From IMG/VR virus record IMGVR_UViG_3300028888_000043, positions 9,756 through 73,755 of that record: DNA of 64,000 nt; one strand, given 5' to 3'. This DNA comes from a virus. Lineage: Duplodnaviria; Heunggongvirae; Uroviricota; Caudoviricetes. Below are positions 1-10,004 of the stretch, piece by piece. Under the pieces are notes generated by a model that was not told the origin of the DNA, did no database searches, and saw only the letters and a program-made list of their open reading frames with translations. Every line of letters begins with the position of its first letter. The first letter of the stretch is position 1. The translations under genes were made by a program, and so were the position numbers.

Positions 1-599
1 TTCTGTCGGGTGCAGATTGTGTTGCTGTTGGTATTGGTCCTGGTGGTCAGTGCTTGACCAGGGAACAGACTGGTTGTGGAAGACCTCAACTCTCTGCTAT
101 CATCGAGTGTGCGGATGCAGCCCATCAGGTTGGAGGTATGGTCTGTGGAGATGGAGGTATCACTTGCCCTGGAGATTTGGGAAAGGCATTCGGTGCGGGT
201 GCAGACTTCATAATGATAGGAAGTATGTTTGCCGGTACATTGGAAGCAGATGGTGACATTATCACAAAACATATAATTACAAATGAATATGATATAATTA
301 ATGAGTGTCCTCACCTGGAACTGAAAGAATTCAAACAGTTCTATGGTATGAGTTCCACCTTGGCCCAAGAGAAGTTTGGAAATGGTAAACCCAAGTACAG
401 AGCCAGTGAAGGAAGAGTCACTATTGTTCCATATGTGGGATCCATTGATGGTGTCATTGAAGAGCTGCTTGGTGGATTGAGGTCTACTATGACTTTCCTT
501 GGTGCCTGGAAACTGAAGAACATCCCAAAGCAGTGTACATTCTACAAGGTTCACAACCAACTGAACAGAACTTATGAGAAATACACTATAGGTAAATAA
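1..599 (+). CDS. guaC: GMP reductase (GuaC/IMPDH family), 5'-truncated at window edge; about 15-aa insertion relative to E. coli GuaC
   Basis: C-terminal motifs GGMVCGDGGI, GAGADFIMIGSMFAGT, FYGMSS, YRASEG, LGGLRST match GuaC C-terminus; ORF runs to window start in frame 3. Confidence 0.75.
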   Translation, partial: LSGADCVAVGIGPGGQCLTREQTGCGRPQLSAIIECADAAHQVGGMVCGDGGITCPGDLGKAFGAGADFIMIGSMFAGTLEADGDIITKHIITNEYDIINECPHLELKEFKQFYGMSSTLAQEKFGNGKPKYRASEGRVTIVPYVGSIDGVIEELLGGLRSTMTFLGAWKLKNIPKQCTFYKVHNQLNRTYEKYTIGK

Positions 600-601
600 A
601 A

Positions 602-630
602 AGGAGAAGAATAAATCTTCTCCTTTTTTG
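602..630. terminator. Rho-independent terminator between convergent genes (bidirectional)
   Basis: hairpin AGGAGAAGA-ataaat-CTTCTCCT followed by TTTTTT. Confidence 0.7.
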
Positions 631-1560
631 TTAATCACCCCAGTAAGACCCAGGTCTTGAATGATCTATTTGTTTTGTGAACTTGTATCCACTGTTCAAT
701 TCATCATTGTTCACATAACAGGTTGCAGTCTCAACATCATATGGATCTCTTGGACCATGCTCAATGTAAACCACATATTCTGAATCCATCAGGTCATCTG
801 AATTGATGACATCAAGGATTTCCTGGGGAAGGTCTTTCTCTTCCACCTCCACATAGTTGTCAGGGTTTGCTTCCACATCTGCCTTGATTGCATCAACCCT
901 CTTCTGATAAGCGGCATCCTTTTCCTTTTTGAGTTCTTCCGCCTCTCTGTTCAGTCTGGCTTCCTCTTCCCTCTGATTCTCTTTCTCCTCATATTCGGCA
1001 TACAGTGCATCAATCTCTTCCTTGACTGCATCAACACCTGCTGTCCTTATCTTCAACCAGAGTTCAAAGAATCCGATAGCACCATTGTTATTGGCATAAT
1101 AAGAATCATCTATGTGGGCAAAATAGAAATACTTGTTCTCCTTGTTCCAGAGTACATAATAAAGTGAACCTTTCTTTGTGAAGCAAGAACTCACATTCTC
1201 AATCGCCATCGCAGCAAGATATGTAAGGAACTTCTCGGAATCCAAGACATCCTCACCATATTCCTTCTTATAGATGGACATATCAAGATGTGACTTGTCC
1301 GGTGTGAAGGTGACATAATCCTTTCCACATACCTGAAGTTTTTCAATGAATTCATCCGGCACAGTGTCCAGAACTTCCTGATATGCAAAGGCATTTACCA
1401 TCTTTACCTTCATTGTCAGTGTACCAAGAAAGTCATATCCCTTTGACAGGAATCCATTCTTCATATCACTGTAACTTAAATTTCTCTTATTACCCTTGGC
1501 GAGATCTCCCAAAGAGACGGATTCTTTGAGCAGATTATAGTAATTAAAGCTGGGAATCAT
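631..1560 (-). CDS. hypothetical protein, acidic, coiled-coil rich (309 aa)
   Basis: long minus-strand ORF convergent with guaC; E/K-rich predicted coiled coil; no recognisable motif. Confidence 0.5.
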   Translation of the reverse strand: MIPSFNYYNLLKESVSLGDLAKGNKRNLSYSDMKNGFLSKGYDFLGTLTMKVKMVNAFAYQEVLDTVPDEFIEKLQVCGKDYVTFTPDKSHLDMSIYKKEYGEDVLDSEKFLTYLAAMAIENVSSCFTKKGSLYYVLWNKENKYFYFAHIDDSYYANNNGAIGFFELWLKIRTAGVDAVKEEIDALYAEYEEKENQREEEARLNREAEELKKEKDAAYQKRVDAIKADVEANPDNYVEVEEKDLPQEILDVINSDDLMDSEYVVYIEHGPRDPYDVETATCYVNNDELNSGYKFTKQIDHSRPGSYWGD

Positions 1561-1603
1561 ATATTTTTGTTATTTTTATTATGGTTTTTAATATAAGTTA
1601 TTT

Positions 1604-2695
1604 ATGACTAATACTAATTTTCTTGAAGACTTTTTGTTGACTTACAGACCATCAGGATATGAAAAAGATGGTGCAGAACTTTTCCTGAAAGAGACACAGG
1701 AAATTCCTGGTGTGGAATATGAGTTCATGGACAATATGTGGAATGCTTGTGTCAGTGTGGGTAGTTCCCAACCTGATGCCTTGAAGGTTCTCATTTCAGG
1801 ACACTCCGACCAGAACTGTCTCATTGTCACTGAGATAACCAAGAATGGTTTTTTGAAGTATGCCACCCAGGGTGGTATATCTCCAAAGACTGTCATCGAT
1901 ACCGATATGTATGTCCTTGCCCAGGAGGATACAGGTGTAATACCTATCCCTTGTTTCTGTAGCTTCAAGGCAATACACCTTGAAAAACAGGATGATAGGA
2001 AGAAGTGTCCAGAACATAAGGATCTGGTCCTGGATCTTGGATGTACTTCCAAGGAAGAAGTTGAGAAGTTGGGAGTCAGGGTTGGAGATCTTGTTGTCTT
2101 TGACAACTCCAAACTTAATATGAATTTCGGTCCGGATGGTAAGTTCATAGTCGGGTCAGGTCTTGATGATGGTGTTGCCTGTGGTATAGTGTATGATGTC
2201 CTGTCCAAACTTGATGTAGAGAAACTCAAGGAAGACAATATCAGGGTCTATGGTGCATGCATCTCATCAGAGGAGACCGGGGCAAGAGGTGTCGGGCCGG
2301 TAGTGAGGAAAGTTCAACCTTCCATCTCCATTGACATTGATGTCTGTCACGACTCCATCAAGGAAGTTGGAGAAGATGAGACCAGACCTGCCAAGATGGG
2401 TGAAGGCGTGGTCCTGAACTATGGTCCGGACAAACACAGATTACTCAATAATGATTTGAGGAAACTTGCCAAATGGCATGACATCAAGTTCCAGGTCATT
2501 GCCGGCAAGGCTGGAGGAACAAACACCAATTCCATCCAGATGATGTCTGACAACTGTACCACGACTCTCTTGAGTATCCCTTGCAGGTATATGCACAGTT
2601 CCACACATGAGATGGTTCACAAGGATGACATCAATGGTTGTGTCGAACTGATAAGTTATTTCATTCAGGAATTAAAATCATTAGGCAATGAGTAG
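1604..2695 (+). CDS. M42-family (FrvX/YpdE-like) metallopeptidase-like protein
   Basis: metal-ligand pattern in M42 order: ISGHSDQ (H-x-D), GSGLDDGVACG, SSEETGARG (EE), SIDIDVCHD, MHSSTHE; length 363 aa. Confidence 0.6.
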   Translation: MTNTNFLEDFLLTYRPSGYEKDGAELFLKETQEIPGVEYEFMDNMWNACVSVGSSQPDALKVLISGHSDQNCLIVTEITKNGFLKYATQGGISPKTVIDTDMYVLAQEDTGVIPIPCFCSFKAIHLEKQDDRKKCPEHKDLVLDLGCTSKEEVEKLGVRVGDLVVFDNSKLNMNFGPDGKFIVGSGLDDGVACGIVYDVLSKLDVEKLKEDNIRVYGACISSEETGARGVGPVVRKVQPSISIDIDVCHDSIKEVGEDETRPAKMGEGVVLNYGPDKHRLLNNDLRKLAKWHDIKFQVIAGKAGGTNTNSIQMMSDNCTTTLLSIPCRYMHSSTHEMVHKDDINGCVELISYFIQELKSLGNE

Positions 2696-3272
2696 ACCAA
2701 ACAGATGTATCAAGGATGAGAATGGAAATGATGTCTGGGTGTCAAGAAGTACGGTAGTCATTCCCATAGTTTTCAAATTGGAAGAGAAGACAGGTGACAT
2801 CTATACACTTGTAGAGCAGAGAGGTCATGCAGTTTCGCACACCAATGAATGGTGCTGTCCCTGTGGATTCATTGATTGGGATGAAACTCTTGAAGAGGCA
2901 TGTCAAAGAGAGGTGAGGGAAGAGACCGGTCTTCTGCTTGATATGGATAAGATTTATTTTGTTACTGTAAACACAAACCCCAAAAGTACCAGTCAGACAA
3001 TAGACCATTGGTATATGTGTTGGGCGGGAGAAGATAAGGATATTGACAAGAGTGCAATAGAGACTGTAGATGAGGTGATTGATGTGAGATGGTTGAAGGT
3101 TGCCCATGTGTATAAGTCAGGATTCCTGAAAAGAAAAATCAATATGGACATATACAAGAAATCCATATATGACTGCTATGGTACCTGGGCATTCAAGACA
3201 CACAAGGACAGGATCATCGAGATGTTGAAAATGACTGTCAATGGAGGTAAGGTTAAATTATTAGATGAGTAA
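2688..3272 (+). CDS. Nudix hydrolase
   Basis: complete Nudix box G-x5-E-x7-REVREETGL (GFIDWDETLEEACQREVREETGL). Confidence 0.75.
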   Translation: MSRPNRCIKDENGNDVWVSRSTVVIPIVFKLEEKTGDIYTLVEQRGHAVSHTNEWCCPCGFIDWDETLEEACQREVREETGLLLDMDKIYFVTVNTNPKSTSQTIDHWYMCWAGEDKDIDKSAIETVDEVIDVRWLKVAHVYKSGFLKRKINMDIYKKSIYDCYGTWAFKTHKDRIIEMLKMTVNGGKVKLLDE

Positions 3273-4755
3273 GGGTAAAGGAAAATACAAGAATGTCCTG
3301 GACAATGGATATTATGTCTGGTTGGATTTTGTACTCAATGACCAGCAGAAGGAGGTCATCAAGCAGATAAATGACTTCATCACCAATCCTGATGAGTTTG
3401 CTATGACTGTCTCCGGTTGGGCTGGTACAGGTAAGACCACACTGATGGAGATTGTCAACAAGAGGTACTGGATGAGTCACACTGTCCATTTCTGTGCCAC
3501 TACACATAAGGCGGCAGGTGTGTTGAAGGAGAAGGTTGGAAAGAAAGTATCCACTGTCAACTCACTGTTCGGTATTATGATAGAGACAGACATGGAAGGT
3601 GAGAAGTATGATGTGTCCAAGAAGTCCAGGAATCTCTCTGATGACAAGGTGAAACCAAACTCCATCATCATCATTGACGAGGCATCCATGCTGTCCATCC
3701 AGAACTACATTGATGTCATCTTGAAAGCAAAGGAGAAGAAGTGCAAGATTATCTTTATTGGCGATTCTGCCCAGCTCTCACCGGTAAATGAGGATGACAT
3801 ATCCATTGTGTTCAGGAATGTGGACCACAGGATTGTTGAACTCACCAAGGTGATGAGGACGGATGACAACTCCATCCTGAATGAGTCTGCCTCCATCCGC
3901 ACAGGTGACGGGTTCACCTATGAGACACACCTGAATGAAGAAGGGGATGGTGTCAAGTACATCAAGAACACTGATATGCAGGGAATCCTTGATGTCATTG
4001 ATGAACATATAGGTGGTCTCAAGGATGACCCAAACTATTTCAGGGTACTCACCTACACCAACGCCAATGTGGAGAAACTTAATATGGTCATCAGGAAAAA
4101 ACTGGGTTATGATGGTCTGAATCCACAACCGGGAGAACCATTGATGGCATACAGTAACTGGGGTTATGAAGGAATGGGTATATCTGGCGCAGTATATAAG
4201 ATTGTGAATTCCGAGGCATACATATGTAAGGGTATCACTGATGAACACGATGACGATGTGAAGGATATGATCACCTACACAGATGAGAAGACTCTGGATG
4301 ATTACAAACTGCACATCATTGAACTGGATGTTGAAGATTCCCTGGGAAACACCATTGAAGTTCCTTTGATTGATGTGAAGAACAATCCTCACAACAGGGA
4401 GATAGTGGTTGCCCTTGCCTATGAAAAAGTACACCAGTGGAACAGATACAGGGATGCAGACAACAAGAAGGACAAACTGTTATGTCTTGACAAAATTAAT
4501 ACCATTGAAGATTTCCTTTTTGTAAATGACAATGTGTATGATAAGTATGGTACATTGATCCAGGCAAAGGTGATTGACTATGGTTATGCTCACACCATCC
4601 ACAAGAGTCAGGGAAGCACCTTCAAGCATGTACTTATCAATGATGATGACATCAGCAGATGCCTTGACAAGAAGGTCAGGAAACAGTTGAGATATGTCGC
4701 TCTCACAAGGGCACAGAAATCAGCAAATATTATTACTTCACACACAGTAAATTAA
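3265..4755 (+). CDS. SF1B helicase, Dda/RecD-like
   Basis: Walker A GWAGTGKTT, Walker B IIIDEASML, motif III GDSAQLSPV, motif V/VI HTIHKSQGSTF. Confidence 0.8.
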   Translation: MSKGKGKYKNVLDNGYYVWLDFVLNDQQKEVIKQINDFITNPDEFAMTVSGWAGTGKTTLMEIVNKRYWMSHTVHFCATTHKAAGVLKEKVGKKVSTVNSLFGIMIETDMEGEKYDVSKKSRNLSDDKVKPNSIIIIDEASMLSIQNYIDVILKAKEKKCKIIFIGDSAQLSPVNEDDISIVFRNVDHRIVELTKVMRTDDNSILNESASIRTGDGFTYETHLNEEGDGVKYIKNTDMQGILDVIDEHIGGLKDDPNYFRVLTYTNANVEKLNMVIRKKLGYDGLNPQPGEPLMAYSNWGYEGMGISGAVYKIVNSEAYICKGITDEHDDDVKDMITYTDEKTLDDYKLHIIELDVEDSLGNTIEVPLIDVKNNPHNREIVVALAYEKVHQWNRYRDADNKKDKLLCLDKINTIEDFLFVNDNVYDKYGTLIQAKVIDYGYAHTIHKSQGSTFKHVLINDDDISRCLDKKVRKQLRYVALTRAQKSANIITSHTVN

Positions 4756-4759
4756 AATT

Positions 4760-5371
4760 ATGGGATACAGAATAAGTTTATACAGATGTCCTAAAAATGA
4801 TGTTGATGACATCAGGAACATCACTGATGAAGATATTGAAAAGAGTGATTATTCTATTTTTGACATATTAGAGAAGGAAAGAATCAAGTATGACACACTT
4901 GCATATGTACTTGATACAGGAAGAGAAGTTGAAGATGGTCTTTGCAGTAGGATTTTCACAAACAGACTTTCTATGGAAGATGATATGTCATTTTATACAA
5001 TATCAAGGGAACAACTTCTCAATATCATTGAATATATTAGATCCCATAATATATTTGAGTATATGTGGTCTCATACTATTGATTATGATAATAAGATAAT
5101 CGGAAAAGGTCTTACTGGAAAATTTGGTGAACCAGCCACCTGGGATGATGCTGTTAGGAAAGTATGTATGGATTCAAGGTTTGATGCAAGATTATGGAAT
5201 GATTACTGGACAGATGATGATGGGATAAAACATTATATGAACATTGATTTGTCTGATAACAAGTGGTGGATATCTGATGGAATGTCTTATAAATATGCAA
5301 TCTTCAATTTCATTCATATCTTGAAATGCTTTGATTGGGATAATGATTATCTTGTTGCAATTGGAGGATAA
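4760..5371 (+). CDS. hypothetical protein (203 aa)
   Basis: ORF in operon-like chain; no motif recognised. Confidence 0.5.
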   Translation: MGYRISLYRCPKNDVDDIRNITDEDIEKSDYSIFDILEKERIKYDTLAYVLDTGREVEDGLCSRIFTNRLSMEDDMSFYTISREQLLNIIEYIRSHNIFEYMWSHTIDYDNKIIGKGLTGKFGEPATWDDAVRKVCMDSRFDARLWNDYWTDDDGIKHYMNIDLSDNKWWISDGMSYKYAIFNFIHILKCFDWDNDYLVAIGG

Positions 5372-5390
5372 CAATTTACATAAATAAATT

Positions 5391-5831
5391 ATGGGAAAGT
5401 ATCGAATGTACAGTTTGGTATTGAGGCAATTAAGTCCAATACAGAAAGGTGTCCAATCTTCTCACTCCATTGTTGAATACATCAAAAAGTTTTACAAATC
5501 CAGTGAGTATATTCAGTGGGTGAATGTGGACAGAACTATTATCATGCTCGATGGTGGTACCTATCAAGAGATGAAAGAATGTCGTGAAACTCTTGAAAAC
5601 CTTGGAGTTCCATATGCAGTCTTCTATGAAGAAGACCTTGGTAACATTATGACCTCAATCTCTTTCTTGGTTGAAGATAAGGTATGGGATTCTGATGCAT
5701 ATCCTGCATATGAAGAGGAACTTGATGACATTTCTTCTGATTTCGAAAATCCTGTTTGGCTTATTATGATGGGTGGTAGACGGAATCTTGATTTGAGGAA
5801 TTTCCTGAAGAGTAAAAGATTGTCTTCGTAA
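5391..5831 (+). CDS. hypothetical protein (146 aa)
   Basis: ORF followed by strong terminator. Confidence 0.5.
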   Translation: MGKYRMYSLVLRQLSPIQKGVQSSHSIVEYIKKFYKSSEYIQWVNVDRTIIMLDGGTYQEMKECRETLENLGVPYAVFYEEDLGNIMTSISFLVEDKVWDSDAYPAYEEELDDISSDFENPVWLIMMGGRRNLDLRNFLKSKRLSS

Positions 5832-5836
5832 TAAAA

Positions 5837-5863
5837 GTGGTGAAGAGGTTCACCACTTTTTTT
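5837..5863 (+). terminator. Rho-independent terminator with embedded class-B element (TTTTGTTATATTTA at about 5859-5872)
   Basis: GTGGTGAA-gagg-TTCACCAC then T7; ATG of next gene about 6 nt past the element. Confidence 0.65.
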
Positions 5864-5877
5864 GTTATATTTAGGTT

Positions 5878-6450
5878 ATGAATATACAAATTGAATTTAA
5901 CATTGACAAGGTAATATGTGACATAGATGTCAGGTATTATGTGGATTGTTCTTTCTCAAAGGACAATGGTGAAACCTGGGAGAAAGACTTTGAAGATGAT
6001 GACAAATCAGATGAATATGTGAGGTCCCAACTTCCCTGCATGAAGGAGATTTCATATACCCACCACAGCATCTGGAGCGGAAAGGTTACATCGGAGACCA
6101 GACAGGACTGGTGTCCCGTCATTGATGTGAATGAGGGAAAGGTTCTGGACTGGCCTGCTGAATTTGTATTGGTAACCGGATTCAAAGTATGCGACCAGGG
6201 AATCTATGTCTATTCCAACCAGGACGAGTCCCAGCAAATCGTTTCTACTGATTGTGATGAGTATTATGTACCTTCCTGGCTGGATGATGATGGTGACGGT
6301 TATGGAGACTACCTCCAGATCCGAATCAATGGTGATGGTACAATAGAGAACTGGGAAAAATTGAAGAAGAAACTTCTCGACTATGCCAAAAAATATCTTG
6401 ACACTGACAAGATGAAATCATATGTTAACATTTTAGATTACATCAATTGA
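5878..6450 (+). CDS. hypothetical protein (190 aa)
   Basis: ORF; acidic; no motif. Confidence 0.5.
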   Translation: MNIQIEFNIDKVICDIDVRYYVDCSFSKDNGETWEKDFEDDDKSDEYVRSQLPCMKEISYTHHSIWSGKVTSETRQDWCPVIDVNEGKVLDWPAEFVLVTGFKVCDQGIYVYSNQDESQQIVSTDCDEYYVPSWLDDDGDGYGDYLQIRINGDGTIENWEKLKKKLLDYAKKYLDTDKMKSYVNILDYIN

Positions 6451-6451
6451 T

Positions 6452-6763
6452 ATGACTGATCAAGAACTATTTCAATACAGGTGTCTATACCTGGAAGATG
6501 CACTCACATATGAAGAATCAAGAAGCATGGGGTATGAAGGATTCAAGTCATATGTGAGGATGCATGTGTTCCCAATTCCAAAAGCGGAATTGATCGCTGG
6601 TGAAACCTACCCTGGTTATTGCAGAAATGCCAGTAGAGCGACTTGGGATGGAAAGATGTTCCATTATACCCGTGAGAAGTTTGGGTCCAAATTTGAGGAG
6701 AAAATCAACCACTATGAGGATGATAATGGGATGGATGTGTTTGTTCCGATAAAAGAAATTTGA
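6452..6763 (+). CDS. hypothetical protein (103 aa)
   Basis: tightly packed ORF. Confidence 0.45.
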   Translation: MTDQELFQYRCLYLEDALTYEESRSMGYEGFKSYVRMHVFPIPKAELIAGETYPGYCRNASRATWDGKMFHYTREKFGSKFEEKINHYEDDNGMDVFVPIKEI

Positions 6764-6764
6764 T

Positions 6765-7142
6765 ATGAAAGTATATAAAAAGAAAAGTCCTTTCATTCCT
6801 GGGGTGGAAGATAATGTCTATGTCCTTGAAACTATGGAAGACTGGGATGAATATGAGAGGATTTTGAAAGATACTGATCAAGACTTCCTGAAATGGAATC
6901 CCAACTTCTATTCCTTCAAGGAGGATTTCAAAAAGTACATTGGAAAAATCTGGCAGGATAAGAATCAGTTGAGATACACATTCAATGGGAATCCTGTCTA
7001 TGTTGAGTACAAGGTAATCGCTCTGGAAGATGATAATCCCAATTTGGATTGGTATTGGGTGGTCCAGAATGTGGATGATGACAGGGACATCAAGTATGTC
7101 CTTGCAAACAGTTGGGATATGCAAAATGGAATTAAGATATGA
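6765..7142 (+). CDS. hypothetical protein (125 aa)
   Basis: ORF, stop overlaps next start (ATGA). Confidence 0.45.
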   Translation: MKVYKKKSPFIPGVEDNVYVLETMEDWDEYERILKDTDQDFLKWNPNFYSFKEDFKKYIGKIWQDKNQLRYTFNGNPVYVEYKVIALEDDNPNLDWYWVVQNVDDDRDIKYVLANSWDMQNGIKI

Positions 7143-7297
7143 AAGTTTATAAGTACAAAGAGGTTAGAACCAAGACAGATATGGGCGAGGCCAAATTGAA
7201 TGAGTTTGGTAGAAGAGGTTATGAACTTGTCTCTGTCATCACCGATGAGCATGGATTCACATACTATTTCAAGACAGAAGTGGAGAACAATGGGTAA
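7139..7297 (+). CDS. small protein (52 aa), DUF4177-like (MKVYKYKEV...)
   Basis: ATGA overlap with upstream stop; overlaps tdk start (ATGGGTAA); resembles about 50-aa DUF4177 proteins; below ORF-track size cutoff. Confidence 0.35.
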   Translation: MKVYKYKEVRTKTDMGEAKLNEFGRRGYELVSVITDEHGFTYYFKTEVENNG

Positions 7298-7859
7298 ACT
7301 CACATTCACCTATGCATGTATGGGTGCCGGAAAGACAACCCAGATGCTCACTATGTTTGACCAGTACAAAAGAAGGAAGAAGAAACCTCTCATTGTCAAA
7401 CCCTGTATGGATGTAAGGGAGGGAACATTTGCTGGTTGGGGAATCACCAAGTCAAGGATCACCAAGAATGAAGAACCCACTTACTATTACCAGGATTTGA
7501 AATCTGAATTGAACAACCTTGATTTTGGTGTATTGTTTGTGGATGAAGCTCAGTTCCTGTCAAGGGAAGATGTACTTACTCTCTGCGAAGTCTGCGATGA
7601 CAAATGTATAGATGTCTTTTGTTTTGGATTGAAGACAGATGTAACTGGAAATCTTTTTGAAGGCAGCAAGCATCTCCTGGCATTGGCAGATGTCATCAAT
7701 GAAATCCAGACACCTTGTGAGATTGAAGGTTGTAATTGTAATGCTGTCTGTCATATCAGATACATTGATGGTATCAGGGAGACAGATGGAAAATCTGTTG
7801 CTATTGAGACAGGGAATGTCACATATAAGTCTGTTTGCAGGAAACACTGGAGATTATGA
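7290..7859 (+). CDS. tdk: thymidine kinase
   Basis: P-loop CMGAGKTTQML, VDEAQF, Zn-ribbon Cys cluster near C-terminus; start chosen at MGKLTFTYA (ATG 7290), alternative upstream ATG 7200. Confidence 0.85.
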   Translation: MGKLTFTYACMGAGKTTQMLTMFDQYKRRKKKPLIVKPCMDVREGTFAGWGITKSRITKNEEPTYYYQDLKSELNNLDFGVLFVDEAQFLSREDVLTLCEVCDDKCIDVFCFGLKTDVTGNLFEGSKHLLALADVINEIQTPCEIEGCNCNAVCHIRYIDGIRETDGKSVAIETGNVTYKSVCRKHWRL

Positions 7860-8422
7860 GCAGTACAAATTCTCTCCACTATGACCTCTGTGTTGAGGGA
7901 GCAAAGTGGTTACATAGAAGGAAGCATGACTGGCAGAAATGCCAAAATAAGAATTGTCATATACCAGACTTTTGTAAAAACTGTCAGATATATGATTATG
8001 TGGTGGTTGAACTGTGTGTATATGGTGCCGAGAACACCGATGTTTGGGGTTATTGTTGTAGTGATGCAACCAGTGCAGTCATAGAAGTGAAGACATCCCA
8101 CTCTGATTTTATAGCAGACAAGAAGAAATGGTGGAGATCAAAAGAGGCTGAAGATGGAGGATTCCAGGCAGGAACCAGAAGATGGTTTCTCTGTCCAGAA
8201 GGTATCATTAAACCTGATGAACTACCAGAAGGATGGGGACTACTATACTGGGATGGAAAAAAGATAATACATGTGGTTCCACCAAAAGTTACTGACAGGA
8301 ATACATCAAGGGCTGATATGATTATGCTCACATCCATATTAAGAAGGGAAGGTTTCAAGAAGAAAATCTATAACTACAGGTATACAAATCCAAGATTCAA
8401 CCAAGATAATTTGGAATTGTGA
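7856..8422 (+). CDS. putative PD-(D/E)xK-fold nuclease with N-terminal Cys cluster
   Basis: E..D(x14)EVK pattern (VVVELCVYGAENTDVWGY...AVIEVKTS) plus CxxxxC...CxxC; start at ATGA overlap with tdk stop. Confidence 0.35.
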   Translation: MSSTNSLHYDLCVEGAKWLHRRKHDWQKCQNKNCHIPDFCKNCQIYDYVVVELCVYGAENTDVWGYCCSDATSAVIEVKTSHSDFIADKKKWWRSKEAEDGGFQAGTRRWFLCPEGIIKPDELPEGWGLLYWDGKKIIHVVPPKVTDRNTSRADMIMLTSILRREGFKKKIYNYRYTNPRFNQDNLEL

Positions 8423-8467
8423 GAAAAAAATGTTATGTTTGTAACAGAAGATATAGAATTATAAGAT

Positions 8468-8695
8468 ATGACTTACGAGAAATTTATTGCTGAACTCTGG
8501 GAAGAGGTAGCAAAAGCTCCAAAGGCATGGCGTAAAGGTCAGGCTGTGTTCAATGTGATTGACGAAAAATGGAATGTGGCCCGCAAGGTCCAGTTTGAGG
8601 ATGGTGTGGACTGCTTCTATGATGACAAACAGATTGACCTGTTCATTGACAAGGCATGGACCAGAATTTACAACAAGCAGGAGAACATCATCTGA
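8468..8695 (+). CDS. hypothetical protein (75 aa)
   Basis: preceded by -7-like TATGTTTGTAACAG at about 8437-8456. Confidence 0.4.
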   Translation: MTYEKFIAELWEEVAKAPKAWRKGQAVFNVIDEKWNVARKVQFEDGVDCFYDDKQIDLFIDKAWTRIYNKQENII

Positions 8696-8696
8696 T

Positions 8697-9152
8697 ATGG
8701 AAATACTTAAAGGTACAGACTGGATGAATCAGGATCCAGAAGTTGAGCTGGACAAGTTCCTGAAAGAGAATCCTGATATAGATGTTGACAGGGAGACAGC
8801 AGTCCTCCTTGCCAAACACTTTGTAGAATGGTATCAAAATCTTCTTATGAACAAGTACCACATCAGCGGTCCGAGAGGAAGGATGGGTGATGTACCGGAA
8901 GAAATCCGTAAGAGAGCAGATTCATTCCAGGAGACTATGAATCCTCCGTATGATGCTATGGACATCTGCACTGCCTATGAGAAAGGTGCTATGGACCAGG
9001 AGAAGGTTCTGATTGACAATGGTATCCATTGTAAGGTGGACTGGGTGGACGGACCGTTGCTAACATACACACAAGAGCAGCAGGATGATGTCCTTGAAGA
9101 AATCGGTGCGGATATTGATGATGATGTTTCTGTTATCATTAAAAAACTTTAA
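8697..9152 (+). CDS. hypothetical protein (152 aa)
   Basis: start reassigned to ATG right after upstream stop (track ORF 8559 extends into previous gene). Confidence 0.45.
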   Translation: MEILKGTDWMNQDPEVELDKFLKENPDIDVDRETAVLLAKHFVEWYQNLLMNKYHISGPRGRMGDVPEEIRKRADSFQETMNPPYDAMDICTAYEKGAMDQEKVLIDNGIHCKVDWVDGPLLTYTQEQQDDVLEEIGADIDDDVSVIIKKL

Positions 9153-9153
9153 T

Positions 9154-9417
9154 ATGGGAAAGCCAAAGACACAACCTGTGAAAGTATATGGATGCTATGT
9201 CTATAATGCACAGGTGAAAGGTGACAAGATTATCATCCACAAGTGTGAACTGGATAAGGCTATCAAAAGGGTGAAGAACTCCAGAGACCCTTATGGTGAT
9301 GAGTATGTTGCCGGAAAAGAACAAGGATATATCTGGATGATGGAAGATCTCCTTGATATGATTAAGAGGGGAAAAGAAATAGAAAAAGAAAGATACAAGA
9401 ATGAGAAATCTCTTTGA
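9154..9417 (+). CDS. hypothetical protein (87 aa)
   Basis: start at ATG 2 nt after upstream stop. Confidence 0.4.
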   Translation: MGKPKTQPVKVYGCYVYNAQVKGDKIIIHKCELDKAIKRVKNSRDPYGDEYVAGKEQGYIWMMEDLLDMIKRGKEIEKERYKNEKSL

Positions 9418-9497
9418 AAATATTATCGCCTGGCTTGCAAGGAAAAGCAGGGAGATGAATAGTTATCAATGGAGGACTGGTGATTTTTATTAAAATT

Positions 9498-10004
9498 ATG
9501 GGACTTCCACACAGACAATTATATGCCACCAATACAGGTGATGATAAAATCATCCTTACTTCCTGGATACCAGAGAAGAAGGATGATAGATATTATATGC
9601 CCGCCGGTACTCCACTTGGCGGTGACATCTGGGTGAACAACACAATAAACCTTAAAGAGGAAGAGGGAACCGTACCTGTCATGGTCGTAAGGTCAAAGAG
9701 AGTCACAGGTATCTGGATTGTATGTGAGAATGGTTACTTTGCTGCTGAACAATGGTTGTATAACTATAAACCAAGATGGGATGAAAACAAGTTCAGATTG
9801 GATTATGAATGGGCAGAAAAGCACATTGAAGGTGATGACATCTTTGGGATCCATATAATGACAGACATTGAAATGAAACATGGAGATGGTCCCTGGCCTG
9901 TCACTCTTGAAAGGGGAGAATACCCCAAGGAAGAAAAGAAAATACCATTCTGGAAGAAATTCGGTATGGTTCTTGGATTATGTAAGAAAAACAAACAGTT
10001 ATGA
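9498..10004 (+). CDS. hypothetical protein (168 aa)
   Basis: ORF; stop overlaps next start. Confidence 0.45.
   Translation: MGLPHRQLYATNTGDDKIILTSWIPEKKDDRYYMPAGTPLGGDIWVNNTINLKEEEGTVPVMVVRSKRVTGIWIVCENGYFAAEQWLYNYKPRWDENKFRLDYEWAEKHIEGDDIFGIHIMTDIEMKHGDGPWPVTLERGEYPKEEKKIPFWKKFGMVLGLCKKNKQL

Noticed and set aside
8559-8696. N-terminal 46 codons of track ORF 8559-9152 overlapping gene 8468-8695
   Set aside because: An ATG sits 2 nt after the upstream stop (8697), giving a non-overlapping gene consistent with packing elsewhere.
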